In this document: in pieces, positions 1-6,053 of the stretch
Position numbering within the stretch: the stretch's first letter is position 1
Layout of the letters: each line of letters starts with the position of its first letter
Virus record (IMG/VR): IMGVR_UViG_2541047174_000011
DNA length: 6,053 bases
Source: a virus
Taxonomy: Duplodnaviria > Heunggongvirae > Uroviricota > Caudoviricetes
Reading direction: 5' to 3' (one strand)
The notes under the pieces: model-generated
The model's database searches: none
What the model was told of the DNA's origin: nothing
The model's input: the letters and a program-made list of their open reading frames with translations, nothing else
Position numbers and translations under genes: made by a program

Positions 1-500
1 AGACATTCGGCACCGGACATCCAGGTTTCATCCGCCAGCATGGCGGCAATTTCATCGGTGGTTTTTCCGGTTTTCTGCGCATAGGCTGGCAACAGTACCG
101 ATTCGACTTTATCCAGCAAATCGGCATAACTGCGCATATCCTCAGCATCCCCGCCACTGAATCCCCATGGCTTATGGATCATCATGAAGGCATTTTCCGG
201 CATAATGACCGTATCACCGGCCATCGCAATCACAGATGCCATCGAGGCGGCAACGCCATCCACATACACGGTAATGGTCGCCCCCTGATTTTTCAGGGCA
301 TTAAAAATGGCGATGCCTTCAAAGACATCGCCACCCGGTGAATTGATATGGAGATTAATGTGGGTGATATCACCCAGTGCATTCAGTTCGCTGACAAACT
401 GCTTCGCGGTAACTCCCCAGAAACCAATCTCGTCATAAATATAAATATCCGCGTCACCCGGCCCCCCAGCTTGCATCCTGAACCAGGATTTATTCTTCAT
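1..500 (-). CDS. Head maturation (prohead) protease, ClpP/S14 family; N-terminal part only, 3' end beyond window start
   Basis: Hand translation of the minus strand from ATG at 500..498 gives MKNKSWFRMQAGGPGDADIYIYDEIGFWGVTAKQFVSELN..., continuing through a ClpP-like serine motif (VDGVAASMASVIAMAG) and His motif (MMIHKPWG). It sits immediately downstream of the portal gene and overlaps the portal stop by 11 nt. Not in the ORF track because it runs off the window. Start codon uncertain (alternative ATG at 476). Confidence 0.8.
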   Translation of the reverse strand, partial: MKNKSWFRMQAGGPGDADIYIYDEIGFWGVTAKQFVSELNALGDITHINLHINSPGGDVFEGIAIFNALKNQGATITVYVDGVAASMASVIAMAGDTVIMPENAFMMIHKPWGFSGGDAEDMRSYADLLDKVESVLLPAYAQKTGKTTDEIAAMLADETWMSGAEC

Positions 501-1992
501 GCTGGCTTTCGGTGTCGCGCTGATACTGTCGTTCAGTTCCGGCACTGTTGCCTCCTTTGTCGTTGACGGGGTCAGTATCAAAGACCAGCCCCAGTCTGCT
601 GTTTTCATCAATTTCAGCCTTGCGGCGACGTTTGACCTCATCCGGATTGCGCCCACCGGCACGCACCCAGTCAGATTCTGTCGCTGCACCACCCCGGATC
701 TGAATTCTCCAGGCTTCAGCTTCCTTAACCGGGTCGATCCACGGCATCACCGGACCGGAATACGTCGCGTTATATAGCGTTTTCATCTCCACATCCGCCG
801 GAATTTTCAGCAGACCTGCCGCAACCACCATATTCAGCCATGTCCGGTACACCGGGCGGGTTACCGCGCCAATAAAACAGTCCTGCAGGATCAGGTAACC
901 ATCCGTGGACTCGACCAGCTCCTGCCGCTGGGCGCTGTAGGTGCCGTTATAGTTACGCGCCGCACTGGAAAAACTCAGACGACTGCCTGCTGCCACTGCA
1001 CGCAACTGGCCGTTGCGGAAAGTTTCAAGGTTGGGATTGGGACGGTCAGATTTGACCATGCCGATATCCTCGCCCTTGCGCAAATCGTCATAAATAATAC
1101 CCGGGGTGATATGGACTTCCCGCTCGGTCTCTTTGATCCCCGGATCTTCATAGTCCTGTCCGTCACCTTTACGGATATACAGTCCCAGCGCCGCAGCAAT
1201 ACGCGCCGCTGTCAGTTCCGCATCCTCATACTCCTTAAGGGCACTGATCCGCATCAGCACCCCCGATAACATGGATGAGCCTCGCGTCTGATGCAGACGA
1301 CGAGTGAACTTCAGGTGGATCATTTTTCCGGCAGCGATTTCTTTCGTATCACTCTGCCGGCCGCTGACCGGATAATTTTTATAAACCAGATATTTTTTCG
1401 GTCTTCCCCACTCATCAAGAAAAACCCCCTGATTCAGTCCGGCGGATTCATCAGTGCGCATGGGAACAAAATCCGGCTCCATCGCCTCAAGCCAGAATGG
1501 CACTCCCGCCGTCCGTTCCAGACCGTTTCCCGCACCACTGACCATCTGCGCAAACACTTCACCATCCCGCAGCCAGGTCCGCAGCAGTAAACGTTCAAGC
1601 ACAGGACGGGTATACTGCCCTGTCACATCCGGACTCACGGACCATTCAGCCCACAAACGGCGGATATCCGCAGCCAGCTCAGCCGCCATTTCCCCGTTTT
1701 TTCGTAATGGCTGAGGCTCCACAATAATTCCCCTGGCACCAATCACCCGCTCTTCCAGCTTGTCAAACACACCAATCACCAGGTCATGATTGATATCCAG
1801 AAAACGGGCCTGCTCCCGCAGGGAAACCGCACCGTATTTACTGAGCTGATCAGCAGAGCGATTTTCCCGCCGGGCTTTATGTGTCCGGGTCGGTTTCACC
1901 GCCTCATAGGCCATGATTAACGCCCTTGAACGCAGTCTGGCTGCTTTCCACCCGGGGGAAAACACGCCGATCACATCATCAATAATTGCCAT
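490..1992 (-). CDS. Portal protein, lambda gpB family
   Basis: 500-aa ORF, about the size of lambda gpB (remembered as 533 aa), in the expected position between the gpW-like gene and the head protease. The ATG start overlaps the upstream gene's TAA stop (TAATG). Confidence 0.9.
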   Translation of the reverse strand: MAIIDDVIGVFSPGWKAARLRSRALIMAYEAVKPTRTHKARRENRSADQLSKYGAVSLREQARFLDINHDLVIGVFDKLEERVIGARGIIVEPQPLRKNGEMAAELAADIRRLWAEWSVSPDVTGQYTRPVLERLLLRTWLRDGEVFAQMVSGAGNGLERTAGVPFWLEAMEPDFVPMRTDESAGLNQGVFLDEWGRPKKYLVYKNYPVSGRQSDTKEIAAGKMIHLKFTRRLHQTRGSSMLSGVLMRISALKEYEDAELTAARIAAALGLYIRKGDGQDYEDPGIKETEREVHITPGIIYDDLRKGEDIGMVKSDRPNPNLETFRNGQLRAVAAGSRLSFSSAARNYNGTYSAQRQELVESTDGYLILQDCFIGAVTRPVYRTWLNMVVAAGLLKIPADVEMKTLYNATYSGPVMPWIDPVKEAEAWRIQIRGGAATESDWVRAGGRNPDEVKRRRKAEIDENSRLGLVFDTDPVNDKGGNSAGTERQYQRDTESQHEE

Positions 1993-2228
1993 TAAAACCT
2001 CGCCAGTTTAAATCCCGGTTTTCCCCGCCTGCGGCTCACCATCGCGGCAAGCCTGCGTTCCCACTCCTGACGTCCGGCGCGGATCTGAGAAAGGCTTTCC
2101 AGCGTCAGTTGCTGCCCGTTGAAGATGACAGACTTTCCCTCCAGTACGGCCATTTCCGCTTCACGGTACCGCTGTATCATTTCTCTGGCTTCTTCTGTGC
2201 TCACAACCAGCCTCCTGATGTTATCCAT
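1992..2228 (-). CDS. Head-tail joining / head completion protein, lambda gpW-like
   Basis: 78-aa ORF between terminase large subunit and portal, as in lambda. C-terminal ...MVSRRRGKPGFKLARF resembles the lambda gpW C-terminus (...QRRRGPAGFYV as remembered). ATG start at 2228..2226 lies 28 nt inside the 3' end of the terminase gene. Confidence 0.75.
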   Translation of the reverse strand: MDNIRRLVVSTEEAREMIQRYREAEMAVLEGKSVIFNGQQLTLESLSQIRAGRQEWERRLAAMVSRRRGKPGFKLARF

Positions 2229-4324
2229 GGATTATCTTCCGCACGCTCCGTCCGCAGTTTTTTCTTCCGGCGACGGCGTTTTTCTGCCCCGGCCGTCAGT
2301 TCCGGGGATACCGTTTCACCAGAACGCTCCTGCGGGAAGACGAGCCACGTTTCCCGCTGTGCCCAGTCCGGTGCGGAGGGCCAGCGGATCTTTTCGTAAC
2401 CATGCAGAACGGCAAGCGCATCCGCATAAACCAGCAGGTCAAACGCTTCGTTAGCGCCCCTGCCCGGTTTTCGCCATTTTCCGTCACTGCCGCGCTCTTC
2501 ATAGGTCAGCTCATCGTAAAACCACCGCCCCAGCCAGTCGGGAAAGTGGATATAGTTCGGCCCTGGTGTGTCACGCCACAGGGCATTATTTACACGATCC
2601 TTAAACGCATCCGTCTGAACCAGCCACAGCGCGACATCGCCACTGGCTCTGGCACGGCGGGCACTTCTGCCGGTATTATCCGGGAAGGTTCGGTTAATCA
2701 GCCTGTCACGGCGAAGTCCATCCCCCTTGAACAGAAACACCCTGTTGCCCAGTCCGTCACTCCGGCAACGACGCCAGAAACGATAGGCGTTATCTGTCAC
2801 CCCGGCTTCCCCTCCCGTATCCACCGCCATGGCCATCAGACGCATGCGCACATCCGGATCAGAAGCCAGCGGCCATGTTTTATGGAACACATCCGTCAGC
2901 AACAAATCCCAGTCCTCCGGATATGCCGCCGGATCAACCGGCAGACTTTCACCGTTGGGACTGCAGCGCAGTGAATGCCGGATGTTGTAGCGATCAACAA
3001 TCCAGCGTTCCCCCTGCTCTCCGTATCCGGTGATCTGCACAACAAAACGGCGATTTTTACCGCCCTGTACGTCAACCGTTGCCTCAATAAAACGCACACC
3101 ATCCGGCACAGATCGCCGGGGAAACGGCTCGGCACGCTGTTCAAGCAGTTCACTTTTACGCTGTTCCGTGGCTGAACGGGGCAGATAGGGTCGTCCGATA
3201 TCGGTGTTCACCACCGCTTTCAGGGTCTCTTCACTGCCGGTTCGCTCATACTCTTCTTCTGCCGCCAGCAGTTTAAAAATCAGTTGTTCCCAGGTCTGAA
3301 ACGCCGCAGCTGGCCCCTCCATCCAAAATGACGCAATCCGGGAGTTTCGTGGCGTTCCGGTGATACTGCCGTCCGCCGCCGCCCGTTCACCTTCACGAAG
3401 CCAGATCCCCTGGTTATTCAGTTCGCGTTTCTGCTCAGGGGCAATCAGCCCGCGACAATGCGGACACATCAGACGGGCAGCCTGACCGGCAGCCACAAAA
3501 TCCGGGTTATTCCGGTATCCGGTCATGTTATCCATCACCGGCTGAAAATATTCCCCGCAGTGCGGACACGGCCAGTACCACCGGCGGCGGTCTCCCCGGT
3601 TATACAGTGACAGGATCCCCGTTGTTGGCGGTGCCTCATGTGCGCCACCACAACGCCATTTGGTATCGGTGATATCCCGCCCCGGTGAACTCTCGACCAG
3701 GGTCATCCCCGAGGACATAAAGGTGGTGGTACGCTTTGAGGCCAGCGTGAAGGCATCCCCTTCCCCGTCCACATTTTCAGGGAAACGGTCATAATCCGTC
3801 AGCGCCACACGACGGTAATCCGAAGAGGAAAAGACGGTGATCGACGGCCAGCCAATCTTCAGGAAGGAGCCGTCAAGAAACATTTTATCGTGGACGTTGT
3901 TGTCATTACGGGAAGGACTGAGGCGCTTGCTGACCTCCGGACTGTGGCGAAACGTCCTGGAAAGACGCGTTCTGGAATGCTCACGCGCCTTCGTCTCAGT
4001 CATCTGCACCACCAGCATATCCGCCGGATCACAGATGATGCCGTACACAATCCAGCCATCAATCAGCCCTTCGGTTTTCCCGGTTCGCGCAGGTCCCACA
4101 AACACCACCGCGTCATATTCACGGGCTGATAATGTATTAATGGGGTCAATCATATAGGGCGTCAGCGATGACTCCCACGGACCGGAAGTATTGGCTCCCC
4201 GTGGAACCCGCATATAACGCCTGATGGCTTCCGCTACTGGTAACCGGCTGGGTGGGCGAAACAGCGAGGCCACTTCGCGCCAGATATCGGATGCGCGGCT
4301 ATGGCTCTCGTTCACCTGATTCAC
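2201..4324 (-). CDS. Terminase large subunit, lambda GpA family
   Basis: 707-aa ORF. N-terminus (...SLFRPPSRLPVAEAI...) is lambda gpA-like. Walker A P-loop VGPARTGKT is encoded at 4073..4096, and two CPHC motifs at 3455..3568. GTG start at 4324..4322 overlaps the small-subunit stop (ATGTGA), with a GAGG 7 nt upstream. Confidence 0.92.
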   Translation of the reverse strand: MNQVNESHSRASDIWREVASLFRPPSRLPVAEAIRRYMRVPRGANTSGPWESSLTPYMIDPINTLSAREYDAVVFVGPARTGKTEGLIDGWIVYGIICDPADMLVVQMTETKAREHSRTRLSRTFRHSPEVSKRLSPSRNDNNVHDKMFLDGSFLKIGWPSITVFSSSDYRRVALTDYDRFPENVDGEGDAFTLASKRTTTFMSSGMTLVESSPGRDITDTKWRCGGAHEAPPTTGILSLYNRGDRRRWYWPCPHCGEYFQPVMDNMTGYRNNPDFVAAGQAARLMCPHCRGLIAPEQKRELNNQGIWLREGERAAADGSITGTPRNSRIASFWMEGPAAAFQTWEQLIFKLLAAEEEYERTGSEETLKAVVNTDIGRPYLPRSATEQRKSELLEQRAEPFPRRSVPDGVRFIEATVDVQGGKNRRFVVQITGYGEQGERWIVDRYNIRHSLRCSPNGESLPVDPAAYPEDWDLLLTDVFHKTWPLASDPDVRMRLMAMAVDTGGEAGVTDNAYRFWRRCRSDGLGNRVFLFKGDGLRRDRLINRTFPDNTGRSARRARASGDVALWLVQTDAFKDRVNNALWRDTPGPNYIHFPDWLGRWFYDELTYEERGSDGKWRKPGRGANEAFDLLVYADALAVLHGYEKIRWPSAPDWAQRETWLVFPQERSGETVSPELTAGAEKRRRRKKKLRTERAEDNPWITSGGWL

Positions 4325-4797
4325 ATATCGGCCTCATCACAACAGTCAATGACTGCCTTTTCCAGTGTGTCGCGGATCTCATCAACCACAATCTGTACTT
4401 CATTCAGTTGTGATGCAGTCCACCCCCTGTCCCTCTCCAGCCGGTCAGGCCAGGTTTCCAGTACCTGAACTATCGCTTTCACCACGACAGAAAAGGACCG
4501 CCTGACATCACTGACTGGCACAAGCTGAACAGTTTCATGCTGAAATTTAAGACGCTCGCGCTCGGACTGATACCATGCCTTACGAGCGTGAGGATCCATA
4601 TCCTCATCTTCGGAAGATGGTGGTTTTTCCAGCAACGAAGTTATCAAATCCGTCAGGAGATACAGTTTTTTCTTTTCATTACTGCCTGGTGCAAGAGGAA
4701 CATCCGCCATTCTGGCGGCAACAGTCTGCCGGTGCAGACCTGAAAGGGCTGCCAGTTGATTAATATTTAACTTCATATTTTTCAGCTCGCCGTCCAT
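4321..4797 (-). CDS. Terminase small subunit, Nu1-like (DNA-recognition subunit)
   Basis: 158-aa ORF directly upstream of and overlapping the large-subunit start. N-terminal MKLNINQLAALSGLHRQTVAARM is helix-turn-helix-like and resembles the lambda Nu1 N-terminus (MEVNKKQLADIFGASIRTIQNW as remembered). ATG at 4797 is preceded by GGAGGG with a 6-nt spacer; an alternative ATG at 4776 is possible. Confidence 0.8.
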   Translation of the reverse strand: MDGELKNMKLNINQLAALSGLHRQTVAARMADVPLAPGSNEKKKLYLLTDLITSLLEKPPSSEDEDMDPHARKAWYQSERERLKFQHETVQLVPVSDVRRSFSVVVKAIVQVLETWPDRLERDRGWTASQLNEVQIVVDEIRDTLEKAVIDCCDEADM

Positions 4798-4889
4798 TTA
4801 CATCCCTCCACATAAACCGCAGAACAGAAGTGACTCTGTTTTTTTGTAAAGAAATGCCGCCATATAAAGATGTCGAACAAAAAACAACC

Positions 4890-4955
4890 ACAATCATCAT
4901 CTTTTTAATACTAACAGCATTAAAAACAACAAGTTACCATCATGATGATGATGAC
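4890..4955. repeat. Inverted repeat in the cosB-like region, candidate terminase small-subunit (R-element) sites flanking an AT-rich spacer
   Basis: ATCATCATC at 4893..4901 and its exact reverse complement GATGATGAT at 4944..4952, separated by 42 bp of AT-rich DNA. A perfect 10-bp palindrome CATCATGATG at 4938..4947 overlaps the right arm. The element lies between the candidate cosN and the small-subunit start. Confidence 0.4.
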
Positions 4956-4982
4956 GATAAAATCACAAAAATGCGCCTTTTT

Positions 4983-5000
4983 CCGCGCCCGCCCGCCCCG
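4983..5000 (-). other. Candidate cosN (cohesive-end nicking site) of the phage genome
   Basis: Minus strand reads ACGGGGCGGGCGGGCGCGGAAAAAGGCGCATTTTTG, against the lambda cos junction ACG|GGGCGGCGACCT|CGCGGGTTTTCGCTATTTATG (from memory); the first 9 nt are identical, followed by a similar GC block and homopolymer run. It lies about 190 bp upstream of the small-subunit start, as in lambda. Exact nick positions cannot be read from sequence. Confidence 0.5.
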
Positions 5001-5033
5001 TGTTCAGGCCCACCCCACCAGGAGGACCCGCAA

Positions 5034-5054
5034 AAATGATAATGGTTATCATTT
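5034..5054. promoter_or_regulatory. Perfect 21-bp palindrome (9-bp arms, 3-bp spacer), Fur-box-like; possible operator or cosQ-side element
   Basis: AAATGATAA-TGG-TTATCATTT. By my hand alignment, 5032..5050 matches the 19-bp Fur consensus GATAATGATAATCATTATC at 15 of 19 positions. It overlaps the ATG at 5036 of a 40-aa plus-strand ORF that follows AGGAGG at 5020..5025. Confidence 0.3.
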
Positions 5055-5258
5055 GCAACAAAATCCAGTTTCTTCCACCATCGCACCGGACTGGCGACTA
5101 TGAGGGGACAACACCGCGCTCCGTTAACGCGGTAAACCCCGGTGTGTATCGTTTTTGATTATCCCCGCACACTCGCGCAGAGGATTCTCCCGGTCGGGCT
5201 GCGGTCTCTGTTAATGCAGGAATACGGCGACAATACCGCGCATGAATAATAAGGTCGC

Positions 5259-5483
5259 TCAACACACTGGCTGTAATGCAGCGGATACCATGCGGCATTT
5301 AGCGGCATTCATCGTACACTCAACGGTTAGCTCTTCATTCGTGGCATTCACCTGAAAGGTCCTGGAGTGTAATTGCGTACATTTACCACTGAACGAACCT
5401 TCAACAAGAACACGACCACGCTGCAAAATACGGAACGGAATTGTTCCCTGAAAAGGCTTTACGGTTACCAATAATTTCTTCAT
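5259..5483 (-). CDS. Hypothetical small protein (74 aa), function unknown
   Basis: ATG at 5483..5481 is preceded by GGAGAA with a 5-nt spacer and lies 23 nt downstream of the Rz stop. Product MKKLLVTVKPFQGTIPFRILQRGRVLVEGSFSGKCTQLHSRTFQVNATNEELTVECTMNAAKCRMVSAALQPVC has four Cys and no signal peptide or TM segment. The ORF track lists it from an upstream TTG (5501). I do not recognise a family. Confidence 0.45.
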   Translation of the reverse strand: MKKLLVTVKPFQGTIPFRILQRGRVLVEGSFSGKCTQLHSRTFQVNATNEELTVECTMNAAKCRMVSAALQPVC

Positions 5484-5506
5484 GCATTCTCCGAATAACA
5501 AAAATA

Positions 5507-5974
5507 CTAGTTAATACACTGAGTGCGGATATATTCCTGAAGCATTCTCAATGCTGCCTGGTCGCTGATGATTCCGTCTCTGATACCGAGAACGTTTCGT
5601 CCAGCAACCGGAGAGAGTTCGACGGCGGCATCATTGCCCACGCCGGAGGTGCCGGTGGCTTCACGCACGGTACCGGGGCAGGTGGCGTTGATCCGCAGGC
5701 GCTTACGACCAGCGGCAACATCAGCACGCAGAGTTTCATTTTCAGCTCTCGCATCGGCTAATTCCCTCGAGTATTTTGCATCGAGCGCAGCAACATCACG
5801 CTGGCGCACCTGCATGTCAGTAATGGTGGCATTCGCCTGTTCCAGCTCTCTGGCTTTTTTATCGCGCTGCGCTTTGTAGGTGAGCGCGTTGTCACGGTAA
5901 TGGTTTGTTGCCAGCCACAGCGCACCACAGCCAACCGCCAGGACAATAATCACCACACACAGAACACGGTTCAT
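5507..5974 (-). CDS. Rz: i-spanin Rz (inner-membrane spanin subunit)
   Basis: 155-aa product with N-terminal TM segment ([19 protein letters not shown]) followed by [45 protein letters not shown]..., near-identical in places to lambda Rz ([45 protein letters not shown] as remembered). Confidence 0.9.
   Translation of the reverse strand: MNRVLCVVIIVLAVGCGALWLATNHYRDNALTYKAQRDKKARELEQANATITDMQVRQRDVAALDAKYSRELADARAENETLRADVAAGRKRLRINATCPGTVREATGTSGVGNDAAVELSPVAGRNVLGIRDGIISDQAALRMLQEYIRTQCIN
5548..5754 (-). CDS. Rz1: o-spanin Rz1 (outer-membrane lipoprotein spanin subunit), fully embedded in Rz in the +1 frame
   Basis: Product [45 protein letters not shown]... has a lipobox (LVVSAC) and a proline-rich mature region, matching lambda Rz1 (MLKLKMMLCVMMLPLVVVGC...CVKPPPPPAW as remembered). 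Start may be the first Met (5754) or the Met five codons in. Confidence 0.85.
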   Translation of the reverse strand: MRELKMKLCVLMLPLVVSACGSTPPAPVPCVKPPAPPAWAMMPPSNSLRLLDETFSVSETESSATRQH

Positions 5975-6053
5975 CTCTCTTTCACCCCACCAGTCCCGAT
6001 AACGTCAGGACTCGCCAGGCGGTGGAAAAGAAAATGGCAACCAGCATGACTAA
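5971..6053 (-). CDS. Probable endolysin (lambda R-like) C-terminal fragment; 5' end beyond window
   Basis: The reading frame ending ...[26 protein letters not shown] has its TGA stop overlapping the Rz ATG (ATGA), the same coupling as lambda R/Rz. Weak resemblance to the lambda R C-terminus (...KEAGGTVREIDV as remembered). Only 26 codons are visible, and another frame (…[23 protein letters not shown], stop 8 nt before the Rz start) cannot be excluded. Confidence 0.4.
   Translation of the reverse strand, partial: SHAGCHFLFHRLASPDVIGTGGVKER

Larger units (their letters stand above)
1..6053 (-). mobile_element. Lambda-like cos-type phage/prophage late region (lysis end, cos, DNA packaging and head genes)
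   Basis: Co-linear minus-strand genes in the lambda order R-Rz/Rz1 ... cos ... Nu1-A-W-B-C, with overlapping stop/start junctions typical of phage late operons. The window edges fall inside genes, so the element extends beyond both ends. Confidence 0.85.

Noticed and set aside
348-1714. Plus-strand ORFs 348..566, 499..777, 1291..1590, 1454..1714 and minus-strand 975..1199
   Set aside because: They overlap the portal and protease genes in other frames or on the opposite strand, and I see no credible ribosome-binding site for any of them.
1986-4157. Multiple long plus-strand ORFs (1986..2399, 2119..2454, 2402..2974, 2975..3175, 3837..4157, 3890..4129) antisense to the terminase and gpW genes
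   Set aside because: All lie opposite strongly supported minus-strand genes, and their translations are low-complexity and Arg/Pro/Ser-rich. They are shadow ORFs of GC-rich coding DNA.
4537-4763. Plus-strand ORFs 4537..4743 and 4575..4763 inside the small terminase gene
   Set aside because: Antisense to a well-supported CDS, with no start signals.
4830-5039. Plus-strand 69-aa ORF containing HHDDDDDK, which resembles a His/enterokinase tag
   Set aside because: The motif is a by-product of the ATCATC/GATGAT inverted repeat read in one frame. The ORF spans the AT-rich cosB-like region and the cosN GC block and has no RBS, so it is neither a gene nor a sign of engineering.
5100-5260. Possible terminator or small RNA hairpins (for example CCGCG...CGCGG at about 5113..5131) downstream of the 74-aa ORF
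   Set aside because: Stems are short, none is followed by a U-tract on the transcribed strand, and late phage transcripts are expected to read through to the terminase genes. I found no tRNA-like T-arm signature either.
5098-5298. Minus-strand 66-aa ORF downstream of the 74-aa ORF
   Set aside because: No Shine-Dalgarno sequence upstream of its ATG, and it overlaps the 3' end of the better-supported 74-aa ORF in another frame.
5441-5879. Plus-strand ORFs 5441..5761 and 5568..5879 antisense to Rz/Rz1
   Set aside because: Shadow ORFs opposite the spanin genes; Gly/Ala/Ser-rich translations without start signals.
5758-5946. Minus-strand 62-aa ORF inside Rz in the same +1 frame as Rz1
   Set aside because: No lipobox or signal peptide and no RBS. 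It probably reflects the open +1 frame across Rz rather than a second embedded gene.

Overview
The window is a contiguous piece of a lambda-like (cos-type) tailed phage or prophage late region, with every supported gene on the minus strand. Reading in the direction of transcription (high to low coordinates): a partial probable endolysin C-terminus, the nested spanin pair Rz/Rz1, a small 74-aa ORF of unknown function, a roughly 0.45 kb non-coding stretch containing a cosN-like GC block and cosB-like inverted repeats, then terminase small subunit (Nu1-like), terminase large subunit (GpA family), a gpW-like head-tail joining protein, portal protein (lambda gpB family) and the N-terminal part of a ClpP-family head protease. 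Gene order and the overlapping stop/start junctions match the lambda Nu1-A-W-B-C arrangement. I found no defence system, toxin-antitoxin pair, integrase, tRNA or CRISPR array. The only sequence not explained by conserved phage functions is roughly 4800-5500, which holds the 74-aa ORF, a Fur-box-like palindrome and a tiny possible ORF. All homology statements come from reading the translations against remembered lambda proteins; no database search was run.
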